The position numbers and the translations under genes were made by a program. Shown here piece after piece: positions 39,901 to 50,400 of a stretch of 64,000 nucleotides of DNA; position 1 is the first letter of the stretch, and every line of letters begins with the position of its first letter. The notes under the pieces were generated by a model that saw only the letters and a program-made list of their open reading frames with translations, was not told the origin of the DNA and did not search any database. Source of the DNA: Promethearchaeota archaeon (GTDB lineage Archaea > Asgardarchaeota > Lokiarchaeia > Sigyniarchaeales > SOKP01); contig JBHLOY010000013.1 in NCBI GenBank assembly GCA_048939995.1, forward strand, positions 1 through 64,000, given 5' to 3'.

Positions 39901-42900
39901 ATTTACCCCTCCATCAAGCGTATACCAAATCCTATCTCTATTCGATTCAGTGATAGAAAGACTATAGCTTGGAGGGAGACTACTGAACCATGCTCCAGAT
40001 AATGGTGAATCGATACTATCTATTGAAGGATTGATAGTATCTTTATAAATTTGTACGGTATCAGAGGTTTCAATGCCAAAATTGTTGTTTAAATAAAATG
40101 TAAGAGTAATAGAACCTTGACCAGCATTATCCCATGCTGTGGAATCAATTACACCAAACCAAGAATTAGATTGATTAGCATTACTAGTAATAGTATAATT
40201 GTTAAGTCCATTATCAAGAGTATACCATATAGAATCACGATCGTTCCCGCTCACATAAACATCATAATCTGGAATAGATCCAAACCATTCGGCAGTACTA
40301 GGTGAATTAATAGAAATTGATAAATCTGAAGTTTTTGTTACTCCTACACTTGCAGAATCCCAATTACCCAAGGAATCATTTACAAAAAATGTAATCGTGA
40401 CAGCACCTAAACCAGCATTGCCCCATGCGATATAATCAATTGTTCCACTCGTTGCTCCCGTGTAGTTGTTTAAACCATCATTGAGGGTATACCAAATCTC
40501 ATCTAAATTCGCTTCGGTAATGGAAAGACTATAACTTGGTGGGGTTGAATGGTTTGAGCCAGATGAAGGTGAATCGATACTAACTGAAGGTTTGATAATA
40601 TCTTTTCTAACTATTACTTCTTCATAATTAATATTACCTAATGTATCATTTGCGTAGAATCGAATTATTACTGTTCCATTTGGTCTTCCGTTCCACGTAG
40701 TCTGATCGAGACTCCCTATTGCAGCGACAGGAGTGGAATTAGTGGTTCCACCATCTAAGCTATACCAAATAGAATCTAAATTGGGATCTGTAACTGTAAG
40801 ATTATAATTAGGCGCCATCGATCCAAATAACTCATTCGGGTTAGGAGAGTTAATGTTTATATCTGGTGCTGTGGTATCTTCACCTACTTGATATTCAGCT
40901 CCAATTGAGTAAAAACTGCTTGGGTCATATTGATTGTTGTATTCAGTAGCAATCCAATCTACTGAACGAGCAATATTAGATAATCGAACTTCATCCATGA
41001 TACCTTCTAAGTTATCAGGACTTCTAGCAATAGTTAGAGAATCTATTATTGTTTCAATCATTTCTGAAAAAGTGGCCGTATTTGGATCTTGAGTCCCATT
41101 AATAAAAATTTTCATTGTATTGCCAACTCTAACACATGTGATACTAACCCATTTATTAAGCGAAATCAATGTCTGACTCTTTAAACTAGTTGAACCAATC
41201 CCATTTAATCTAAAATAAATAGCTCTATCCCTATAAATAAAAGAGGAATAAGCATCAGTATAAATACCTTTGGTTACTGTATCAGGATCATTACTTACAT
41301 CATATGCCATTACCCAATATTGGATAGTTAAATTCTCGGTCAAATCTAATGAAACATCATTTCCACAATCAACATAATCATCGATTCCGTCAAGTTCTAG
41401 ACTCCCATCAAGTCTTCCAGGAATTTGATCTCCAGGATCCATCGTTCCATACGAAGTACCATCATTATTGTTGGTTGTGGAATCCTTTATTGGATTTGTA
41501 GGATCTTCAGATAAATGCCATACTCCAACATAATTAGTATCCCATACTCCATCGGGGTTTTGAATTGAATACATGGTTGAATTTCCATAATACATATAGA
41601 TTTTAGTGTCTACCATGGGTGAAAGAGAAGGAATGCGTACCCAAGATACTAAAAATGCATGTGTTGTATTATGATCTCGATTAAATAATTCAATTTCATG
41701 ATCAAGCCAATTCTTACCATCATAAAAAGCTATATCGTTACCATTAGATTGAACATCAGTATGTAAGTCCATATCATAAAGAGATATTAAAATAGGAAAA
41801 TTAGTGAGATTACTCGATCCAGAGATTTTAGTATGATCAATTATTATTTCTTTATAATATTTAAAGCTATTCAAAGAAGGTCGAAGTAATTCTTCAGTGC
41901 TTAGTGTAAGTGTTGGTTCTGGCTCTACAAATATCCTTAAGTAGATATCATCCACAAATAGCGTGTTAAATTCATTAGGTGATGCCCAATAAATACCTGT
42001 GGAGAATTTATCGGTTGGTTCAGAACCTAAATTAATCGAAGTGTTATGAATCTCTAAGTTACCATCTAACCATAGCTTAGCCAATCCATAACTACTGGAA
42101 ACGTTAACTTGTACATCCAATGTATGCCAGGTACCCTTAGATATAGTGTTGGTCTCTAAATAACCATAGGCTTCTCCTGCAACAGCATTCCACATATATA
42201 AAGTCATATCATCATTTATAGTAACACTAATCAAATTTTGCCATACTGTGGCTGTGTCAACAAACTGTATAACTGTTACCCTGTCTGTAGTACTAAAACT
42301 AGGATCAAGATAAATATGTACGTGGGCATAAAGGCTTGCTTCATCTGGAAAATCCTCAAAAACCATAGCCTGAGGAGTAGTAACATTGTCCATATCACAC
42401 TTTGCAGCATAATTGCCTGTGTGAACCTGATCAGTTGATGCTATGATTGAATCCCCTACAGATCCAGTACTATTTCCATCCCATCCGTTCAAATTACCGC
42501 TTTCGAAACCATCATAAAAAAAGAATATATTACTTGGGTCAACCAACGGGGAATTAGCTAATTTATTGCCGTAGTATAGATAATAATTATTATCAAATGA
42601 CAAGGCTTGTATTGGTTTCTGGGTTTTAAACCATATTTTAGTTGATTCATTGTTCCATGAGGAGTCAAGATCCAACATTCTATCCAGAACATTCCACATA
42701 GTGCCATTCCAATATACTAATCGGATATCATCACCATCTGCTTGACTTTTACCCTTAATGACCAGATCAGCGTGATCGAAAGTCAAAGAAACTGTATAGC
42801 CAGAAGGTATATCAGAACTACCAGTTGTCACAGTAACTTTTCTACGATATTTCCAGTTTTGATTAAACCAAGAACCGTATGTTTCTTCAGATTCAAGTGT

Positions 42901-43995
42901 TAAACTTGGTGATGTTGCGACTAATAACCTAATCTTTAGATCATCATAATATGAGGGTATAGTAGTCCAAGTTAAGAAACCAATTTGTCCAGCATTCAAA
43001 TGAGAAGTATTTGTATTATCAATTCTTAATTGATCATCTAAATATATCTTAAATCGTGATCCAAGAGCCTCTACTTTTAAGTTATACCATTGGTCACTCA
43101 CTAAATTCGATTCATCTACACCATCATAAACAGGTGTCTCCCAAATACCACCAGTACAATCACCATACGCTACTTCTCTGTCCCAATATCCAATTCCCGC
43201 ACAATAGAAATTATTTGAGTCAGAGTAACGAAATAATATTCCTACTCCAAAACTAATGCCAACATTTTTTATACGGACCTCTATTGATGCATTTTCGACA
43301 GTATAGGAATTTAATAAACTTCTACGATCTGTAAGACCTGAATTTTCGCGATATTCATTATTTATAACAGACCAAGTTCCGCTTATAACCGTCCATCCAT
43401 TAGCAGGTCCATCAGCCTGTGTAAAATCATCGTAATAATCATATACTTTACTTTTATTTGTTGGGGGACTACCAGCAACCTCATTACCATAATAGAGATA
43501 ATAATTAGTGTCAGTAGCACCCACGCTTATGGAACTTTGAGTTTTAAACCAAATTTGAGTACTAATAGTATTAAAATTTGTTTCATTTACACGATCGAGT
43601 TCTAACCATGTCTTATTAGTTGAGTTATACCATAAGATTCGAAGGTCATTTCCATCAGCTCGAAGTTTTCCTACAGAAATTAATTCAGCTGAATTAACTG
43701 ATAAATTAACCGAATATCCTTTAGGAAGAATTTTCGTATTTACATTTGTAATATTTATTTGAACACGATACATATATGATGAATCCCACCAATTTTTTAA
43801 ATTTGGTGGTTGACTAGTCTGCAGCTTATCGGGATAAAAATTATCGCGAGTATTATTGAAACCGTTAATCTTTATAAAATTATCAGCAATATCAATTGTT
43901 GATATTATATTACACGCCAAGATAATAGTTAAAACCAAAATTTTAGATTTAACCTTTTTCAACTTAATTCCTCCATTCTTATACCTATATTTCAT
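36925..43995 (-). CDS. Giant single-pass surface/receptor-like protein A (3x DUF2341, LamG/ConA-like domains, Ig-like stalk, TM, cytoplasmic domain)
   Basis: DG.D.R/IWFK...YYLYYGN repeats; GVWHL...DEVRLS..ARS.DWIATEYNNQ; YAND..GN Ig-like repeats; PSEFP-TM-KKSKSKKK; ~350-aa C-terminal domain. Confidence 0.85.
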   Translation of the reverse strand: MKYRYKNGGIKLKKVKSKILVLTIILACNIISTIDIADNFIKINGFNNTRDNFYPDKLQTSQPPNLKNWWDSSYMYRVQINITNVNTKILPKGYSVNLSVNSAELISVGKLRADGNDLRILWYNSTNKTWLELDRVNETNFNTISTQIWFKTQSSISVGATDTNYYLYYGNEVAGSPPTNKSKVYDYYDDFTQADGPANGWTVISGTWSVINNEYRENSGLTDRRSLLNSYTVENASIEVRIKNVGISFGVGILFRYSDSNNFYCAGIGYWDREVAYGDCTGGIWETPVYDGVDESNLVSDQWYNLKVEALGSRFKIYLDDQLRIDNTNTSHLNAGQIGFLTWTTIPSYYDDLKIRLLVATSPSLTLESEETYGSWFNQNWKYRRKVTVTTGSSDIPSGYTVSLTFDHADLVIKGKSQADGDDIRLVYWNGTMWNVLDRMLDLDSSWNNESTKIWFKTQKPIQALSFDNNYYLYYGNKLANSPLVDPSNIFFFYDGFESGNLNGWDGNSTGSVGDSIIASTDQVHTGNYAAKCDMDNVTTPQAMVFEDFPDEASLYAHVHIYLDPSFSTTDRVTVIQFVDTATVWQNLISVTINDDMTLYMWNAVAGEAYGYLETNTISKGTWHTLDVQVNVSSSYGLAKLWLDGNLEIHNTSINLGSEPTDKFSTGIYWASPNEFNTLFVDDIYLRIFVEPEPTLTLSTEELLRPSLNSFKYYKEIIIDHTKISGSSNLTNFPILISLYDMDLHTDVQSNGNDIAFYDGKNWLDHEIELFNRDHNTTHAFLVSWVRIPSLSPMVDTKIYMYYGNSTMYSIQNPDGVWDTNYVGVWHLSEDPTNPIKDSTTNNNDGTSYGTMDPGDQIPGRLDGSLELDGIDDYVDCGNDVSLDLTENLTIQYWVMAYDVSNDPDTVTKGIYTDAYSSFIYRDRAIYFRLNGIGSTSLKSQTLISLNKWVSITCVRVGNTMKIFINGTQDPNTATFSEMIETIIDSLTIARSPDNLEGIMDEVRLSNIARSVDWIATEYNNQYDPSSFYSIGAEYQVGEDTTAPDININSPNPNELFGSMAPNYNLTVTDPNLDSIWYSLDGGTTNSTPVAAIGSLDQTTWNGRPNGTVIIRFYANDTLGNINYEEVIVRKDIIKPSVSIDSPSSGSNHSTPPSYSLSITEANLDEIWYTLNDGLNNYTGATSGTIDYIAWGNAGLGAVTITFFVNDSLGNWDSASVGVTKTSDLSISINSPSTAEWFGSIPDYDVYVSGNDRDSIWYTLDNGLNNYTITSNANQSNSWFGVIDSTAWDNAGQGSITLTFYLNNNFGIETSDTVQIYKDTINPSIDSIDSPLSGAWFSSLPPSYSLSITESNRDRIWYTLDGGVNNYTGALSGTINSLAWNNAGQGSITIIFYVNDSAGNWDTASVAIYRDTINPSIDSINSPLSGAWFSSLPPSYSLSITESNRDRIWYTLDGGLNNYTGALSGTINSLAWNNAGQGSITIIFYVNDSAGNWDTASVAIYRDTVNPSIDSIDSPLPGAWFSSLPPSYTLSITESNRDRIWYTLDGGLNNFTGALSGTIDSTAWNTAGQGSITILFYVNDSAGNWDAASVVINRDSITPTIIITEPNNYDLFGISPPSITININDANLDNEWYQLDNGTIVTNNYTWTGAIAQSVWEQVGNGTIMIKFYANDTVGNLGTAEVIVYKDIFFPMIMINTPISDGVYGNTAPNYAVNISGSNLDTSWYTLDNGIVNYTFTGLTGTINQLAWDAKSDGTITISFYINNTLGVIGFDEITIIKDTIAPSIALNFPLNNTYCRAAPIINVLATDANLDLIWYQVNTTNILLGNNINQPFNNLIWNSLPEGRFYVYIYANDTLNHLSDPVLIVLYKDTIAPPAPSLIQAPQGAVSGTLIFEWQDGSDPSGIIKYRLIIDNEANPLATPGFVFAINLTGNYYEYMESLQPGIYYYFLYQIDGAGHQSPAATDSFSITSTSQPSEFPLWIIFVVIGAAIGGVVGIVVLKKSKSKKKEIGIQISEKQPVTKAKLKIYEELSLLDYETLKDKTEADLLARREKVIAYVNKLTEEKDYVKAAGFAGEIIIIEEILGNSQNADFYRQKQIDIAIKGLNYLKDQYEIESKKAAISGDYSKSLELYNESKIVSENLKMYVDNQESKHEQDRKLEITGTPLVMGEVELVYSCINDLLTKYFDEIGIKYYSNPQIYDDIQNKIHGLILFDDQVSFLNIDPSIRDRIRSIQIIYTEDTSNEDIIKSSKDFQNANTLLIIVVIKLLENNESFSFQGPMKNVRINHYKAFIQSIGLKGVYEEAFNEIIDLYYKGQFDILRETHELSEVIIHSTDELLYDLKGKGSVKHELKEYFSR
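39211..40041 (-). repeat. Three near-identical 276-bp (92-aa) tandem Ig-like repeats
   Basis: Anchor points 39484, 39760 and 40036 are exactly 276 bp apart. Confidence 0.9.
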
Positions 43996-44435
43996 TCTTG
44001 TAAATTTTAAAAATATACAAGAAAGTATATATAATATAGTGTATGTTTATTTAAATCTTTCAAAAATAAAGGAGGCACTAATGGAGATAATTCTAAATAA
44101 GATCCAAGTAATTAAAGGGAATAAAAGGAGAATTTTAAAATAAAAAAACTAAAATTTTCCTTCTTATGTAAACTTTATCGGAATTTATGAAGTAATTAAA
44201 AAAGAAATAAATGGTGTAAACGCTTCAGAAGCAGTTGCAAGGATTTAGGACGGTTAAGAGGACAATTTCAATTTTAAGTTTATACAATTTTATCTTTATT
44301 AAGATAGAAAGTACTTATAAAATAATATTAGAACCTTAAACTTATGTAAATTAATACTAGGATTAACCTATTAAGAACCTTTAGATAAAAAAAGAAATAT
44401 CAAAAATAAAAATAGATTTAATATTAAGGTTATAT

Positions 44436-47400
44436 TTATCGATGAAGATATTCTTTTAACTCATACATAACTAAACCCTTTTCTTTGAGATCATAGAGTA
44501 ATTCATCAGTACTATGAATAATTACTTCACTTAATTCATGAGTCTCACGTAAGATATCAAATTGTCCTTTAAAATAGAGATCGATAATTTCATTAAATGC
44601 CTCCTCATACACTCCCTTCAATCCAATTGATTCAATGAATGCCTTATAATGATTTATTCTGACATTTTTCATAGGACCTTGAAATGAAAAAGACTCATTA
44701 TTTTCTAGCCATTTAATAACAACAAGGATTAAGAGCGTATATTCATTCTGAAATTCTTTACTTAATTTAATAATAGCTTCATTAGATGTATCCTCAGTGT
44801 AAATTATTTGAATCGATCTAATTCTGTCTCTTATTGATGGATCTATATTTAGGAATGAAATTCGATCATCAAAAAGTATTAATCCATGTATTTTGCTTTG
44901 AACATCGTCATAGATTTGAGGATTGGAATAATATTTAATACCAACTTCATCAAAATACTTTGTCAGTAAATCATTTATGCAAGAATAAACAATTTCTACT
45001 TCTCCCACAACTATTGGCGTTTCCGCTACTTCTAATTTTCGGTCTTGTTCAAGTTTAGCTTGATTGTCCATATACCTTTTAAGATTTTCTGATACTATCT
45101 TACTTTCATTATATAGTTTAAGTGATTTTGAATAATCTCCAGATATTGCAGCTTTTTTGGATTCAATCTCATATTGATCCTTCAAATAGTTAAGTCCTTT
45201 AATTGCGATATCGATTTGCTTCTGACGGTAAAAATCTGCATTTTGAGAGTTTCCAAGAATCTCTTCAATAATAATAGTTTCACCTGCAAATTCTGCTGCT
45301 TTGACATAATCGTTTTCTTCTGTTAGTTTATTAACATGAGTAATTACCTTCTCTCTCCTAATAAGTAAATCTGCTTCAGTCTTATCTTTGAGTGTTTCAT
45401 AATCTAATGATTTAAATTCTTCATATACTTTCAATTTAGGCTTAGTTATTGGCTGTTTTTCCGTTATTTGAATAGGTACTGCTTTCTTCTTCTTCTTACT
45501 CTTTGACTTTTTTAGAACTATAGCTCCCACGACTCCACCGATAGCAACTCCTATTACAATGAATATAATCCAGAATGGAAATTCTGATGGTTGAGAACTG
45601 GACATTATCGAAAAACTGTCTGTTTCAGCAGGACTCACATTACCTGCTCCATCAATCTGATATAAAAAGAAATAATAAGTTCCTGGTTGAAGAGATCCAG
45701 TATATTCATAATAATTCCCAGTTATGTTTATTTCAAATACAAATCCAGGTGTGATCAAAGGATTTGCTTCATTATCTATAATAAGTCTATATCTTAGTAT
45801 CCCAGAAGGATCAGAACCTTCATACCATTCGAATATTAATGTACCACTTACTTCTCCTTGAGGAAAATTTATTAAAATTGGTACTGAGGGAGCAATTGTG
45901 TCCTTGTATAAAACTAACAAGATATAGTTACTCAAATGATTAACAGTATCATTTGCATAGATGTAAACATAAAATTGTCCTTCTGATAAACTATTCCAAA
46001 TTGAAATATCTAATTGCTGATTGATATTATTTCCCAGTAATATACTAATTGAGTTAACTTGATACCAAATTGAATCTAGATTTGGATCTATAGCTAATAC
46101 ATTGATCATTGGTGATATTCGACAATATGAATTATTCAATGGGAGATTTAATATAACCGATGGTGCTAAAGTGTCTTTTATAATAGTTATCTCATCAAAT
46201 CCTATAACTCCTAACGTGTTATTTATATAGAATCTAATTATTACATCACCATCACTTTGGGCGCTCCATGCTAATTGGCTTATAGTTCCTGTTAATCCTG
46301 TAAACGTATAATTAACTAACCCATCATCTAGCGTATACCACCTTGAATCTAAATTACTTCCACTTACACTAACAATAAAACTAGGTGCTGTACTGTTAAA
46401 AACCTCGTTAAAATTGGGATTGTTAATTGTTATTATAGGAGCGAAGACATCCTTATAAACTATCACTTCTGCAGATCCTAAATTACCCAGCGTGTCATTT
46501 GCATAAAACCTAATGATAACTGTACCATTACCAACTTGATCCCATACGCTTTGAGCGATAAAACCTGTCCATGTGTAATTATTAGTAATAATAGTTCCGT
46601 TGTCCAATTGATACCATTCATTATCTAAATTAGGGTCATTAATATTTATGGTAATGTCTGGAGGTTCATTTCCAAACAATTCATAATTAGTTGGTTCTAT
46701 AATAGTAACGGTAGGAGAAATTGTATCTCTATTAATTACTACACTCGCAGCGTCCCAGTTACCTGCAGAATCATTTACATAAAATATAATCGTAATAGAA
46801 CCTTGACCTGCATTATTCCATGCCGTAGAGTCGATCGTTCCGCTCAATGCTCCTGTGTAGTTATTTAAGCCTCCATCGAGCGTATACCAAATGTTATCTC
46901 TATTCGATTCAGTGATAGAAAGAGTATAACTTGGAGAGAGGTTACTGAACCATGCTCCAGACAATGGTGAATCGATACTATCTATTGAAGGATTAATTGA
47001 GTCTCTATAAATTACTACGCTTGCAGTATCCCAGTTACCCGCAGAATCATTTACATAAAATATAATTGTAATAGAACCTTGACCTGCATTATTCCATGCT
47101 ATAGAGTCGATCGTTCCGCTCAATGCTCCTGTGTAGTTATTTAAGCCTCCATCAAGCGTATACCAAATCCTATCTCTATTCGATTCAGTGATAGAAAGAG
47201 TATAACTTGGAGGGAGGCTACTGAACCATGCTCCAGACAATGGTGAATCGATACTATCTATTGAAGGATTAATTGAGTCTCTATAAATTACTACGCTTGC
47301 AGTATCCCAGTTACCCGCAGAATCATTTACATAAAATATAATTGTAATAGAACCTTGACCTGCATTATTCCATGCTATAGAGTCGATCGTTCCGCTCAAT

Positions 47401-50400
47401 GCTCCTGTGTAGTTATTTAAGCCTCCATCAAGCGTATACCAAATCCTATCTCTATTCGATTCAGTGATAGAAAGAGTATAACTTGGAGGAAGGGTACTAA
47501 ACCATGCTCCAGATAATGGTGAATCGATACTATCTATTGAAGGATTGATAGTATCTTTGTAAATTTGTACGGAATCAGAGGTTTCAATACCAAACGTATT
47601 GTTTAAATAAAATGTAATCGTATTAGAACCTTGACCAGCATTATCCCATGCTGTAGAATCAAATATTCCAAACCAAGTATCTGTTAGATTAGCACTACTC
47701 GTAATAGTATAATTGTTAAGTCCATTATCAAAAGTATACCATATGGAATCACGATCATTTCCGCTCACATAAACATCATAATCAGGATTAGATCTAAACC
47801 ATTCGGCAGCATTAGGTAAATTAATAGAAATTGATAAATCTGAAGTTTTTGTTACTCCCACACTCGCTGAATCCCAATTTCCCACGGAATCGTTTACATA
47901 GAATGTAATTGTGACTGCACCTAAACCTGCATTACCCCAAGCTATAGAATTAATTGTCCCACTCAATGCCCCTGTGTAGTTGTTTAAACCATCATTAAGG
48001 GTATACCAAATCTTATCTCTATTCGCTTCGGTAATGGAAAGACTATAACTTGGTGGGGTTGAATGGTTTGAACCAGGCGAGGGCGAGTTGATACTGATTG
48101 AAGGTTTAATAATATCTTTCCTAACGATTATTTCTTTATAACTAATATTACCTAATGTATCATTTGCATAAAATCGAATTGTTACTGTTCCATTACCTAA
48201 TGCACTCCACATGTTTTGATCAATGGTTCCACTAGCGCTAACAGGCGTAGAATTAGTGGCCCCTCCATCTAAGGTATACCAAATAGAATCTAAATTGGGA
48301 TCCGTAACTGTAAGATCATAATTAGGCGCGCTCGATCCAAATATATCATTCAAGTTTGGAGAATTAATAGTTATTTCTGGTCCTGAAGTATCTTCACTCT
48401 GATATTCAGCTCCTACAGAGTAAAAGCTATCTGGATCATATTGATTGTTGTATTCGGTAGCAATCCAATCTGCAGAACGACCAACCTGAGAAATCCGAAC
48501 CTCATCAATTTGTCCTAACCACGGATATGACCATGCTACTCCTTCAGGTTGATCTCCATGCCCGATTCTAAAAGAAAACGGCAGAGCACTTACAATATTA
48601 TTTGTTTTAGATAAGGTGGCAGGATCTGGTATTCCATCTACATATATTCTCATTTCAGTTCCATTATATGTAGCAACGACATGATGCCATATATCTGATG
48701 AGATGGTTTGTGCAGTTTCTAAATCACTCTCATTTCCAGGAAGTTGAAAGCTCATCAACTGACTATTAAGATCCATTACAAGGCGATATCCATTATAAAA
48801 ACCTTTATGGTTGAGAGGACCCATCCAAGGATGAGTTAAAGGATATTTCATCCATAACTGTATAGTTATTTGATTAGTTGTAAGATCTAAGCTTGTATCA
48901 TTTCCGCAATCGATAAAGTGATCACTAAAATTTTGGCCATAACCAATAGATCCCGTAACTTTGCTTGGAATATAAGTTATATTTCCTAATCCACCTTGAC
49001 CATGATTCCCATAGTGACTACTATCTGCATATTCATTCACTGTTCCTATTCCTATCTCTTTAAGATGCCAAACTCCAACATAATTTGGATTCCATACTCC
49101 CATGGGGTTCTCTTGAGACCCCATCGTTGAATTTCCATAATACATAGTGATGTTAGTATCAATTGAAGATGATAGAGATGGAATTCGAACCCAAATAATT
49201 AATTGAGCATGAGTAGCACTATAACTTTGATTGAATAGTTCAATTTCATGATCTAACCACGTATCTCCGCTATAAAAGGCAATATCATCACCATCTGTTT
49301 GAGTATGAATATGTAAATCTGAATCAAACAAAGAAATTAGTACGGGAAAATTAATTAGATCGTTTAATCCAGTTACCATTGTTGAGTTAATTGTTATGAC
49401 TTTATAATAAGCGAAATAATTCACATTCCGAGCTAAATTTGTTTCTTCAATTCCCACAGAATAAAAAGATTTAGGATCATTTTGATTATTATATTCGGTG
49501 GCAATCCAATCTGCAGAATGTGTTTTACTAGAAATACGTATTTCATCGTATTTGCCTTCAAAATGACCAAGTTGACTGATATTAACAGAAGCACCCCATA
49601 ACCAATCCTCCAGTTGAGCTAATTGGGTCCAATAGGTATCAACATTAATAATATCAAATGTACTAGGAGATCCATCAAGATACATTGTTACATTTCTGTT
49701 AGAATAATTAAATGTAACAATCAGATAATGCCAGATTCCATTAGTAAAGGGGTTTGTTTTTAAGTTATAATTAAGACTATTTCCTCCCCAGGGATAGAAG
49801 AAATTATCTCCATTTTGATTAACAGACCATTCAAAACCGTCTCTATGATTAGGAGCTATTCTATTAAAACGATTACTAGTAGTCATGATTCTTTGATATT
49901 CACCAGTTTTAGACGAATTTACCCAATTAATCCATAGGGATAAAGTTCCCTCATCGTTTATTGAATTTAAAGATGAACTTCTTGAAATATTGATAAAATC
50001 ATCAATCCCATCAAAATCATAACCCTTTCCAATTTGAGAATTAACTAAATCTATATTATCCATTGAACCATTAGTTATTCCATTATTTCCATGGTATGTA
50101 CTATCATATACATCATTCATTATTCCAGTTGGAGCATCATTTAAATGATAAACTCCAACATAATTTGGATTCCATACTCCCATAGGGTTTTCTTGAGGAC
50201 CCATAGTTGAATTTCCATAATACATATAGATTTTTGTGTCAGTGGATGTCGAGAGCGAAGGAATGCGAACCCAAGCAATTAATTGGGCATGGGTAATGTT
50301 AAAATCTTGATTAAATAGTTCTATTTCGTGATCTAACCATTCAATACCATTGGTAAAAACAATATCATCTCCATCTGGTTGAGCATGGTCATGTAAGTCT

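Noticed and set aside
43856-44260. Plus-strand ORF(s) between the giant genes (GGAGG + MEIILNKIQ...)
   Set aside because: Only 20 codons after the RBS-like motif; the longer version is antisense to giant A; no recognisable homology.
39211-47555. Regular repeats as a possible CRISPR array
   Set aside because: They are 276-bp in-frame coding repeats with no unique spacers, and no cas genes are present.
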